This document shows positions 21,516-30,471 of a DNA stretch of 64,000 nucleotides, one piece after another. Numbering within the stretch: position 1 is the first letter of the stretch; every line of letters begins with the position of its first letter. This DNA is from Pontiella sp. Its GTDB lineage: Bacteria; Verrucomicrobiota; Kiritimatiellia; Kiritimatiellales; Pontiellaceae. The DNA lies in contig JBNKHE010000004.1 of the NCBI GenBank assembly GCA_050290185.1, forward strand, positions 1 to 64,000, in the 5' to 3' direction. A model generated the notes under the pieces. The model did not search any database, was not told where the DNA came from, and was given only the letters and a program-made list of their open reading frames with translations. The position numbers and the translations under genes were made by a program.

Positions 21516-23042
21516 ATGGACAAAAACACCGGAGCCCCCGTTCTGATCAATGGAAACTGGAAAGCCGCCCGCGCATCCGGCACCTTCACCGCAACGAACC
21601 CTGCAACCGCCATGCCGTTGCCGGAAACCTATCCCGTGAGCACCTGGGCCGATCTCGACGAGGCGCTGACCTCCGCAAGCGCAGCCGTCAGCGAACTGCG
21701 TGCTATACCCGCTACGCGAATCGCCACCTTCCTGCGCCGCTACGCCGAATTGATCGAAAAAAACGGCGATACCATCTGCGCCAAGGCCGCCGAAGAAACC
21801 GGACTCCCCTATGCACCGCGCCTACGCGACGTGGAGTTGGCCAGAACGTGCGCCCAACTGCGCCAGGCGGCCGATGCCGCCGAGGACGGGAACTGGCGCA
21901 AGCCGGTCATCGATGCGGCCACCAATATCCGATCCGTCCTCGAACCCATCGGTCCGGTAGCCATCTTCGGCCCCAACAATTTTCCGTTGGCGTTCAACGG
22001 CATCAGCGGCGGCGACTTTGCGGCCGCCATCGCGGCGGGCAATCCCGTAATCGCCAAGGCGCACCCGCTCCATCCGGGAACCTCGCGCCTGCTGGCGGAG
22101 TGCGCCCTCCAAGCACTTACCGATAGTGGACTGCCAGCGGCAACCGTTCAGATGGCATATGCCATGCAGAATGAAGACGGATTGCGGCTGGTTAGCGATC
22201 CGCGGATCGGGGCGAGTGCCTTCACCGGATCGCGCACCGGCGGCATGGCGCTGAAGGCGGCAGCCGACGCCGCGGGCAAACCGATCTACCTGGAAATGTC
22301 GAGCATCAACCCGGTCGTCATCATGACCGGTGCCTTGCAGGAACGCGGTGCCGACATCGCGGGCGAGCTTACCACCAGCGCCCTCATGGGAGCCGGACAG
22401 TTCTGCACCAATCCCGGCATCGTGCTGATCGAGGGTGGCGCAACCGCCGAAGTCTTCATCGCCGATCTTACCGGCCGCTACGACGCCGCGCCTTGCGGCA
22501 CCCTGCTCGGCGAAACAGTTGAAGCCGGCCTAGCCGCCGGCATCCAAACCTTGACCGGCAACGGCGCCCAACTCGTTACCGGCGGCAGGAAGGCCGACCG
22601 CGAAGGCTTTGCTTTCCGCAACACGCTGTTGCGGGTGGATGCAAAGCATTTTCTGGACAACGCCGAAGCGCTTCAAACCGAGGTCTTCGGCAACGCGACC
22701 CTGATCGTGGTGGCGGATGGTCTTTCGGAAATCGCGGAGGTCCTCCGCGGACTCGAAGGCAACCTGACCGGATGCATCTACTCGGCGCTGGATGGGCGCG
22801 ATGACGCGGCCTATCCCGAAATCGCCAACGTCATGCGCCCCAAAGTCGGGCGGTTGATCAACGACAAGATGCCGACCGGCGTGGCCGTCAGTCCGGCCAT
22901 GAACCATGGCGGACCGTTCCCGGCGACGGGCCACCCGCATTTCACCGCGGTCGGCATTCCCGCATCGCTGGTCCGCTTTACGGTTCTGGCCAGCTACGAC
23001 AACGTCCGGCCGGATCGCCTGCCCGAAATCCTCCGCGATTGA
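21516..23042 (+). CDS. aldehyde dehydrogenase (alpha-ketoglutarate semialdehyde dehydrogenase type)
   Basis: GPNNFPLAF, KAHP.HP, FTGS, EMSSINP, GQFCTNPG, HGGPFPAT. Confidence 0.9.
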   Translation: MDKNTGAPVLINGNWKAARASGTFTATNPATAMPLPETYPVSTWADLDEALTSASAAVSELRAIPATRIATFLRRYAELIEKNGDTICAKAAEETGLPYAPRLRDVELARTCAQLRQAADAAEDGNWRKPVIDAATNIRSVLEPIGPVAIFGPNNFPLAFNGISGGDFAAAIAAGNPVIAKAHPLHPGTSRLLAECALQALTDSGLPAATVQMAYAMQNEDGLRLVSDPRIGASAFTGSRTGGMALKAAADAAGKPIYLEMSSINPVVIMTGALQERGADIAGELTTSALMGAGQFCTNPGIVLIEGGATAEVFIADLTGRYDAAPCGTLLGETVEAGLAAGIQTLTGNGAQLVTGGRKADREGFAFRNTLLRVDAKHFLDNAEALQTEVFGNATLIVVADGLSEIAEVLRGLEGNLTGCIYSALDGRDDAAYPEIANVMRPKVGRLINDKMPTGVAVSPAMNHGGPFPATGHPHFTAVGIPASLVRFTVLASYDNVRPDRLPEILRD

Positions 23043-23113
23043 TCGCATGAGCATGGGGCCCCATGGTATGATCACGGGCACGTTTAAAAGGATAGCGCCA
23101 AGGAAGAGACATC

Positions 23114-25213
23114 ATGACCAATCCGTACCGTCGCAGAAAAACCGGGACACCGCGCTTCAGGTATTTTCCTGAAGCCTCCGGTCTGCTATTGCTAGTGGCC
23201 GCCATGAGCTTCATGAATCCATCAGCCCGGGGTGAAGAGTCCCTGCCGAAGCAACCGGCGCTGGAGCCGTTTCCCCTTGGACAGGTGGTGCTGGATGTCG
23301 CTACGGATGGAAAACCGACCCCGTTCATGAAGCACCGTGACAAGTTTATGGAGGGGTTGGCCAAGAGCAATCCAGACGATTTTCTCTACAACTTCCGCGC
23401 TACCTTCGGCCAACCGCAGCCGAAGGACGCACGGCAACTGGGCGTATGGGAAGACCGGACCTGCAAACTGCGCGGACATGCCACCGGCCACTACCTCAGC
23501 GCCATCGCGCAGGCCTATGCCAGCACCACCTACGAACCCAAACTGCAGGCCGTTTTTAAGCAGAAGATGGAAACCATGGTCGAAGCGCTCTACCAACTTT
23601 CCAGCATGTCGGGACAACCGGCTAAATCCGGAAAAGGCCATACATCGGACCCGACGAAAGTGCCGACCGGTCCGGACAAGGAAGACTATGATTCCGACCT
23701 GGGCAAGGATGGAATCCGCACCGACTACTGGAACTGGGGCGAAGGCTTCATCAGCGCCTATCCGCCGGACCAGTTTATCATGCTGGAGCACGGGGCGAAC
23801 TATGGCGAAGGGAACGACCAGGTCTGGGCCCCCTACTACACCCTGCACAAAATCCTCGCCGGACTGATGGATTGCTACGAACTCGGCGGAAATCCCAAGG
23901 CGCTGGAAACGGCAAAAGGCATGGGGATCTGGGTCTACAAACGGCTCGCCGCCCTACCGGAAGAAACCCGCGCAAAAATGTGGGACAGCTATATCGCCGG
24001 CGAGTATGGCGGCATGAACGAAGCCATGGCCCGCCTCGGCCGGCTGACCGGCGACCAACGCTTCCTGAAATGTGCGAAGCTTTTCGACAATGCCGCCTTT
24101 TTCGGCGATGCAGACCATAAGGGATTGGCGGACGATGTCGACACTCTCGGCGGCCGCCATGCCAACCAGCATATCCCGCAGATCACCGGCGCCCTCGAAA
24201 TCTACACGGCCACGCACGATCCCCGCTACTACCGCGTAGCCGATAACTTCTGGGACATTTGCACGCAGCACTACATGTATTCCATCGGCGGGGTGGCCGG
24301 CGCACGCCATCCAAACAATCCGGAATGTTTTACGGCCGAGCCGGACAGCCTCTTTAAGAATGGCTTTAATGAAAATGGCCAGAACGAAACCTGCGCCACC
24401 TACAACCTGCTCAAGCTGGGCCGACGCCTCTTCATGTACGATCCCGCCCCAACGTACATGGACTACTACGAGCGCGCACTCTACAACGATATCCTCGCCT
24501 CGGTCGCCGAGCACGACGCCGGCAATACCTATCACATTCCGCTGAACCCGGGCGCCACCAAAAGCTTCAGCAATGCCAACATGGATGGCTTCACCTGCTG
24601 CAACGGCACCGCGCTCGAAAGCGCCACCAAGCTGCAGAATACCATCTATCTCAAAACGGCCGACAACAACGCGCTGTATGTGAATCTCTACATCCCCTCC
24701 ACCCTGACGTGGAAGGAACAAGGGATCCGAATCACGCAGTCTACCAGCTACCCCTATTCCGACACGGTCAAACTGACCATTGACGGGTCGGGCGCCTTCG
24801 ACCTAAACCTTAGGATTCCCCAATGGACCAAGCACGGCGTGGAACTGAAGTTCAACGGAAAGACGACCAAGGTTGACGCGGACCCCGGAAGCTATCTCAG
24901 GCTGTCGCACAAATGGGAAAGCGGCGATACGATTGAACTGAGACTCCCGATGGATTTCCATCTTATGCCGCTGGTGGACCAGCCGAACATTGCGAGCATC
25001 TTCTACGGCCCGGTCCTGCTGGCGGCCGAGGAACCGGAAGCGCGCGACGACTGGCGTAAGATCAAACTGGATCCAAACGACATCGGCGCAGCCTTTAAAG
25101 GCGATCCATCCACGCTGCGCTTCGAGTCCGACGGCATCCGCTTCAAGCCTTTCTTCGAAACCTATGGGCATCATTCGGTCTACCTCGACATTGTGCCGCA
25201 ACCGGCTCCGTAA
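23114..25213 (+). CDS. beta-L-arabinofuranosidase family glycoside hydrolase (GH146/GH127-type), secreted
   Basis: LRGH..GHYLS, WAP.YT.HK, E.GGMNE, HAN.HIP, ETCATYN, TCCNGT; signal peptide. Confidence 0.85.
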   Translation: MTNPYRRRKTGTPRFRYFPEASGLLLLVAAMSFMNPSARGEESLPKQPALEPFPLGQVVLDVATDGKPTPFMKHRDKFMEGLAKSNPDDFLYNFRATFGQPQPKDARQLGVWEDRTCKLRGHATGHYLSAIAQAYASTTYEPKLQAVFKQKMETMVEALYQLSSMSGQPAKSGKGHTSDPTKVPTGPDKEDYDSDLGKDGIRTDYWNWGEGFISAYPPDQFIMLEHGANYGEGNDQVWAPYYTLHKILAGLMDCYELGGNPKALETAKGMGIWVYKRLAALPEETRAKMWDSYIAGEYGGMNEAMARLGRLTGDQRFLKCAKLFDNAAFFGDADHKGLADDVDTLGGRHANQHIPQITGALEIYTATHDPRYYRVADNFWDICTQHYMYSIGGVAGARHPNNPECFTAEPDSLFKNGFNENGQNETCATYNLLKLGRRLFMYDPAPTYMDYYERALYNDILASVAEHDAGNTYHIPLNPGATKSFSNANMDGFTCCNGTALESATKLQNTIYLKTADNNALYVNLYIPSTLTWKEQGIRITQSTSYPYSDTVKLTIDGSGAFDLNLRIPQWTKHGVELKFNGKTTKVDADPGSYLRLSHKWESGDTIELRLPMDFHLMPLVDQPNIASIFYGPVLLAAEEPEARDDWRKIKLDPNDIGAAFKGDPSTLRFESDGIRFKPFFETYGHHSVYLDIVPQPAP

Positions 25214-25255
25214 CGATTTAGACCATGTATTCAATTCAGCCAACAAGGAGAACCA

Positions 25256-27958
25256 ATGATGACTAAACTCACCTTCGCGCTACTGGGCCTTTGCGCCGCA
25301 ACCGCCATGGCTGAATCCCCCGCCAACATGGCTTTGGTCGCCGAATCCTCGACCTCCTATGTCTCGGGCGATACCACGGTCGGCGCACTCAACGACGGCA
25401 TCGAGCCTGTGCGTTCGGACAATCGCGACCAGGGAAGCTACGGCAACTGGCCGAAGCAGCGAACGGAATGGGTGCAGTATGAATGGAGCAAGCCCATCAG
25501 CACCGACGCCATCGAAGTCTACTGGTGGGACGACCATCAAGGGGTCCGGCTGCCATCGGCCGCCCGACTGCTTTACTGGGACGGTGATACGTTCGTCCCG
25601 GTTGAAGCCAACGGAAAAATCGGCGGGGAAAGGGATCAATACAACGAACTGAAATTCACGGAAGTCACCACCACCAAACTCAAACTTGAAATCGACGGTA
25701 CGGATCAATTCTCGACCGGCATTCTGGAATGGAAGGTGTTGGATTCCGGCCAGTCGCCAAACTTCGCCCCCACCGTTTCGGCCAACGAGGACCGGACCGT
25801 CGTTCTCGGCGGAAAAACCTATCTGGGCGGCGCCGTCAAAGTCCTGAAAGGAGACGGCAATGTAAAATGGAGCAAGCAGTCCGGTCCCGGCACGGTGACC
25901 TTCGACGACCCAACCCAAATCGATGCCTCCGCCACCTTCTCCGAGGAGGGCAACTATGTGCTGAAGCTCACCGCATCCGTCGATGGTTTGCAGGGATCCG
26001 ACACGCTCAGCGTACAGGTCGTGCAGGGCCCGCCTGCCGAAAACCTGCATCCGGTCGACACGCAGCCCTACGAGATCGATAGCCCGCTCTGGAACGATCG
26101 CGCCAAGCAGATCATCGTCCACTGGATCCCCCACTGCATCGACAAGATCAACGATCCGAACCTTCCCGAAGGCGGCATCAACAACTTTGAAGAAGCCGCC
26201 AAAAAGCTACAGGGCAAATCCCACGAGGACCACAAGGGCTATGTCTTCTCCAACGCGTGGATCTACAACACCCTGGAATCCATCTGCGTGGCCCTGATGG
26301 TCGATCCCAAGGGCGACCCCCAAATCATCAAGGCGCAGCACGCCATGAAGAAGACGCTGGACGACTGGATTCCCAAGATCCTGGCGGCGCAGGAGCCGGA
26401 CGGCTATTTGCAGACCGTCTTTACCCTGCGCGATTGGCCGCACTGGTCGCCGGAGCACCGTGCAGACCACGAGGGCTATGTCGCCGGCTACTTCCTGGAA
26501 GCGGCCATTGCCCACTACAAGCTGACCGGCGGCAAGGACCTGCGCCTCTACAACGCCGCCAAGAAGCTGGCCGACTGCTGGGTCGCCCATATCGGCCCCG
26601 AACCGGGCAAGCAGGAATGGTTCGACGGTCATCAGGACATGGAAATGGCGCTGGTACGCTTCGGCCGCTTCGTCAACACCATCGAGGGACAGGACAAGGG
26701 CGAGCCCTATATCCAACTGGGCAAGTTCCTGCTGGACTGCCGCAAGAACGGCAGCGAGTACGACCAGAGCCACGTGCCGGTCATTAAGCAGTACGAAGCC
26801 GTCGGCCATGCGGTGCGCGCATCGTACAGCTACGCCGCCATGTCGGATGTGGCGATGGAGACACATGACGTCGACTACCAGAGCGCGGTCATGAGCCTGT
26901 TCGACAACCTGATCAACCGCAAATACTACGTCACCGGCGGCATTGGCAGCGGCGAAACCTCGGAAGGCTTCGGACCCGACTATTCCCTGCCCCATAACGC
27001 CTATTGCGAGTCGTGTTCGAGTTCCGGCCTGATCTTCTTCGAGCAGAAGCTCAACATGGCCTACCACGATTCGCGCTATGCCGATCTCTACGAGGAAACC
27101 CTCTACAACGCGCTGCTCGGCTCGCTGGATCTCGAAGCGGAAAACTTCTACTACCAGAATCCCCTGACGCAATCCAATGCGCGCTATCCGTGGCATGTGT
27201 GCCCCTGCTGTATCGGCAACATTCCGCGCGTCCTGCTGCGGCTGCCGACCTGGACCTACGTCAAGGATGCCGACGACCTGTACGTCAACATGTTCCTGGG
27301 AAGCCGCATCACCGTGCCGGGCATCGCGGGAACCGACGTGGAGATGGTGCAGAAGAGCGCGTATCCGTGGAGCGGCAAAGTAGCCATCACCCTCAACCCG
27401 ACCAGGACCAGCACCTTCGGCCTTCGCATCCGCGTGCCCAACCACGAGGTCAGCGAACTGTATACGGCGACCCCCAAGGCCAATGGCATTTTGTGGATCA
27501 AGCTCAACGGCAAAACGATCGAACCCAGGATTGAAAAGGGCTATGCCGTGATCGAGCGCACCTGGAAGAAAGGCGACAAGGTCGAGTTCGAACTGCCGAT
27601 GGAGATCCAGCGAATCCATGGCAGCGACAAGATCGCCGCCACCCGCGGCGAAGTGGCCCTGCGCCGCGGCCCGCTGATCTACACCTTCGAGTCCGCCGAC
27701 CAGAACCTGAACCAGACCCTTCCGGCTACTGCGGAATTAAAGTCGGTGTGGAAACCGAAAATGCTGAATGGCATCGTGGCCATCGAGGGTAAATGGGCCG
27801 ACGGCTCCGACCTGCTGGCGATCCCCTACTATGCCCGTTGCAACCGCCTCGGCGACAGCAAGGGCCATGGCGGTTTCGGTGGACCGGGCGCCGAAGGCGG
27901 TGGTGACGGAAACCGTTCCGGCGGCCCGGCATCCAAGGTATGGATCGAGGAAAAGTAA
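25256..27958 (+). CDS. GH127 beta-L-arabinofuranosidase with N-terminal discoidin-like and PKD domains
   Basis: HEGY.AG..EAA, GHAVRA.Y, YVTGGIG, YCESC, CPCC.GN, RGPL.Y. Confidence 0.9.
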   Translation: MMTKLTFALLGLCAATAMAESPANMALVAESSTSYVSGDTTVGALNDGIEPVRSDNRDQGSYGNWPKQRTEWVQYEWSKPISTDAIEVYWWDDHQGVRLPSAARLLYWDGDTFVPVEANGKIGGERDQYNELKFTEVTTTKLKLEIDGTDQFSTGILEWKVLDSGQSPNFAPTVSANEDRTVVLGGKTYLGGAVKVLKGDGNVKWSKQSGPGTVTFDDPTQIDASATFSEEGNYVLKLTASVDGLQGSDTLSVQVVQGPPAENLHPVDTQPYEIDSPLWNDRAKQIIVHWIPHCIDKINDPNLPEGGINNFEEAAKKLQGKSHEDHKGYVFSNAWIYNTLESICVALMVDPKGDPQIIKAQHAMKKTLDDWIPKILAAQEPDGYLQTVFTLRDWPHWSPEHRADHEGYVAGYFLEAAIAHYKLTGGKDLRLYNAAKKLADCWVAHIGPEPGKQEWFDGHQDMEMALVRFGRFVNTIEGQDKGEPYIQLGKFLLDCRKNGSEYDQSHVPVIKQYEAVGHAVRASYSYAAMSDVAMETHDVDYQSAVMSLFDNLINRKYYVTGGIGSGETSEGFGPDYSLPHNAYCESCSSSGLIFFEQKLNMAYHDSRYADLYEETLYNALLGSLDLEAENFYYQNPLTQSNARYPWHVCPCCIGNIPRVLLRLPTWTYVKDADDLYVNMFLGSRITVPGIAGTDVEMVQKSAYPWSGKVAITLNPTRTSTFGLRIRVPNHEVSELYTATPKANGILWIKLNGKTIEPRIEKGYAVIERTWKKGDKVEFELPMEIQRIHGSDKIAATRGEVALRRGPLIYTFESADQNLNQTLPATAELKSVWKPKMLNGIVAIEGKWADGSDLLAIPYYARCNRLGDSKGHGGFGGPGAEGGGDGNRSGGPASKVWIEEK

Positions 27959-27967
27959 TACCGATTA
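27691..27967 (+). repeat. direct repeat copy 1 (3' end of the GH127 gene)
   Basis: Aligns by eye with 32974-33253 (about 19 substitutions and one 3-bp indel). Confidence 0.95.
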
Positions 27968-28077
27968 CTGAGAGGTTTTGATGTTTTCTCCCATGCAGGC
28001 CTGCGTTGCGTATCGCAGCCGGCCCGGCTGCCCAGGGAGAATGTAATAACCAATCGATAAACGGTATACAACAATCT

Positions 28078-29082
28078 TCATTCCATCGGCTTCAGTGCAT
28101 TGATCTCGGCCTCCAGATCCGTCAGGCCTGCCAAAATCTCGTCAAAGGTCGGTCGCCGCCCAAAGATCATATCCTGCATCGCAGCATAATCCTTGCGCAT
28201 GGCCTCCAGAATCCGGACCGGAGGTATCAGCTTGAGCGTTCCAGGGCTCGCCAAATCATATTGAGCCCAACCTCGTGGATAAAAACGTTTCTTGAACTCC
28301 ACCACGCTTTTTAGCAGGGAACAATCCGCCAATGCCGCTGCCTTAACCTCCGACTGTGCCATTAAATACAGATCGTAATAATGTCGTGAATAGCGAGCCG
28401 GCATGGCCGACCCGTCCGGACGATGCACCTCGTGATGAAGAATCGTCGCCTTTTCCCAGAACGTACGGTGTGCATCAATCGCCCGGACCGGGCATTCCGA
28501 ATCCTCAAACTGATCCGGAAAATCTTCGGCGGCATACGGGCATACCGTATGATCCGAATGCGGAAGCCAGGACGCCAGCGGCCCGATCTCCAGTTGGATG
28601 TAGGGTAGCAGGTTTCCGGCATCCGATGTTTCCGGATAGCGCACCCGGACAATATGCCCCAAATCTTTTTCTCCCGCATTTACCGCGATTTTGCATTGAT
28701 CGCCCAAAACTTCATCCAGCATACGGAACAGGTCGCCGGCAATATATTCCCGCGCCAACTCGTTTATGCGATCATTCAACCTGCCCTGCTTGCTATTGGA
28801 ACGCTCGGCCATCGGATCTTCGTCCGTCACCGCCCGCCAATCCAGAACCAGGTCGATATCCTCGGAAAAGCGGTCGATCAGCCCGAACACCTTCGACAGA
28901 CTGGTGCCCCCCTTGAAGATCAGCAGCTTCGACAATTCAGCGTGTTCAAAAATGCGTTTCAACGTCCAGCAGACCCAGAAGTCCTTTTCGATAACCGCCA
29001 CCGAACCCAGGCCGCGGCGCTCCGCCGTTACGGTGAACAGTTCACTCCGCTGATTGGCAGACAACGCGGCGACCCGGTTCAT
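28078..29082 (-). CDS. abiEii: AbiEii nucleotidyltransferase toxin (type IV TA)
   Basis: EKDFWV, FKGGTSLSK....RFSEDID, RTFWEK, SRHYYD. Confidence 0.92.
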   Translation of the reverse strand: MNRVAALSANQRSELFTVTAERRGLGSVAVIEKDFWVCWTLKRIFEHAELSKLLIFKGGTSLSKVFGLIDRFSEDIDLVLDWRAVTDEDPMAERSNSKQGRLNDRINELAREYIAGDLFRMLDEVLGDQCKIAVNAGEKDLGHIVRVRYPETSDAGNLLPYIQLEIGPLASWLPHSDHTVCPYAAEDFPDQFEDSECPVRAIDAHRTFWEKATILHHEVHRPDGSAMPARYSRHYYDLYLMAQSEVKAAALADCSLLKSVVEFKKRFYPRGWAQYDLASPGTLKLIPPVRILEAMRKDYAAMQDMIFGRRPTFDEILAGLTDLEAEINALKPME

Positions 29083-29690
29083 GGATTAACCTCTTCCGCT
29101 ATGGTGCGGATGATTTCATGAACCCAGGCCGGTGCGGCCTTCGTATCCCGAACCATCTTCTTCCACAGGGAGGCCGGAACCGCACGGGAAAGCTTGTCGC
29201 GAATGTCCGAATCGATCCGGTCGCGGCCCAGCGACTTCAGCGCCTGAACAACCAGCTCGCTTTCACGATGCTTGAATCCCGACTCCTTCAACGCCCGTTT
29301 CTTGAAGATCAACGCCCGGCTTCCGATTTCATACGTCTTGGCCGGGCCGTCGGACAAATAAACGGCCTGCGCCGGAACCTGCGTCGAAAGCCCCAAAAGA
29401 TTCAGCGCCGTATTTTCCGAAGGCTGGATGCGCCATCCGGATTTACGCGCCAGCGCCTGTGCAACCTGATCAAGATCCGGCCCCATCTGCTGATTCAGGA
29501 GCGTACTGATCCGCGGATAATCATACAACCCGCGCAGGACACGCCGAATCGTTCCATTTTCCTCCAGACGCATCAAAGCCAAACGAATAGCACCATCGCT
29601 TCCATAATCGGAAAAATCAATTTTAGAAAACGACCAACCCCGACCGGAGGAGTATATTCTCTTAATAATCTTGTTTTGAATGGATTGCAT
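29079..29690 (-). CDS. abiEi: AbiEi-type antitoxin (DUF6088)
   Basis: N-terminal wHTH L.RL...G.IRR..RGLY; ALN.LGLSTQVP...YLSDG; ATGA overlap with abiEii. Confidence 0.85.
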   Translation of the reverse strand: MQSIQNKIIKRIYSSGRGWSFSKIDFSDYGSDGAIRLALMRLEENGTIRRVLRGLYDYPRISTLLNQQMGPDLDQVAQALARKSGWRIQPSENTALNLLGLSTQVPAQAVYLSDGPAKTYEIGSRALIFKKRALKESGFKHRESELVVQALKSLGRDRIDSDIRDKLSRAVPASLWKKMVRDTKAAPAWVHEIIRTIAEEVNP

Positions 29691-29730
29691 AAATATCTAG
29701 TCGCATTATTTGTAACAAAATGCACTCATT

Positions 29731-29756
29731 ATTTATTACAAAATTTTGCAATAAAT
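29731..29756. promoter_or_regulatory. inverted repeat upstream of abiE, candidate AbiEi operator
   Basis: ATTTATTACAAAA/TTTTGCAATAAAT, 13-bp arms with 1 mismatch; a weaker palindrome lies at 29703-29723. Confidence 0.6.
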
Positions 29757-29791
29757 CTACGGGCCGTACCACAGGGACCAAGACAGGATAA

Positions 29792-30092
29792 TTGGACAAA
29801 ACACGCGAACCACCGCAGACGGTGTGAATGGTTAAGACAGAATGATTGAATGACAGAATGATTTTCTAATCAGGAATGGAATAATCCTGCCGGCCAATTG
29901 GTCGCACTTGCTTCGAATTGCGTGGTTCATCTCGGTTTTAGGTTAACACCAAGGAAAGGGGCCGGGACGCGCAGCGAGACGGCCGAACAGGCAGAAACGA
30001 CCAGCGGGAATGGCAAAACCCTTTTTCTTAAAACAGGAAAACAGGATCGTCCAAAAGCAGCCAATCCAGGAGTACATCATTTCATAGGACCG
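29792..30092. repeat. mosaic intergenic repeat (modules C, D, B)
   Basis: 29792-29892 matches 49030-49128 inverted; 29901-29945 matches 49132-49176 direct; 29952-30092 matches 33254-33392 and 51255-51357. Confidence 0.85.
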
Positions 30093-30471
30093 ATCCTGCC
30101 CCCTGAGTTAAGCACGAACTAGTCTGGTGCAGGAGCAGGCGAGACGCCTGCGATACACTATTACCGCCGCCATCCTGGTGGCTCCAGAGCCCACTAGAAA
30201 CGGGCGACACGAGAAATGTGCTGCAGACCTGCCCGGATGCATGGAACACGAAGCAAAAAAATCTCTGAAATTCAATTAACTTAGTGCCATTCAAGACCGA
30301 CCCCGTCCCGACCCAGTTTTGTGTAGATGTATATGCCGATATGTTTGACACCTTTCTACACCTTTTAAGTGTGTTTTATATTTAGCAGATGCACCTTGTC
30401 TTTGAAAATATGATGCGATAAAACCCAGCCCGTTTTTTAATGAGAGATTCAACATTGAAAATTGGTTAACC

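Noticed and set aside
28078..29082. AbiEii as the nucleotidyltransferase partner of the E2-E1 system
   Set aside because: It has its own cognate antitoxin and promoter palindrome, lies over 4 kb away inside a separate repeat-bounded segment, and does not end in Gly.
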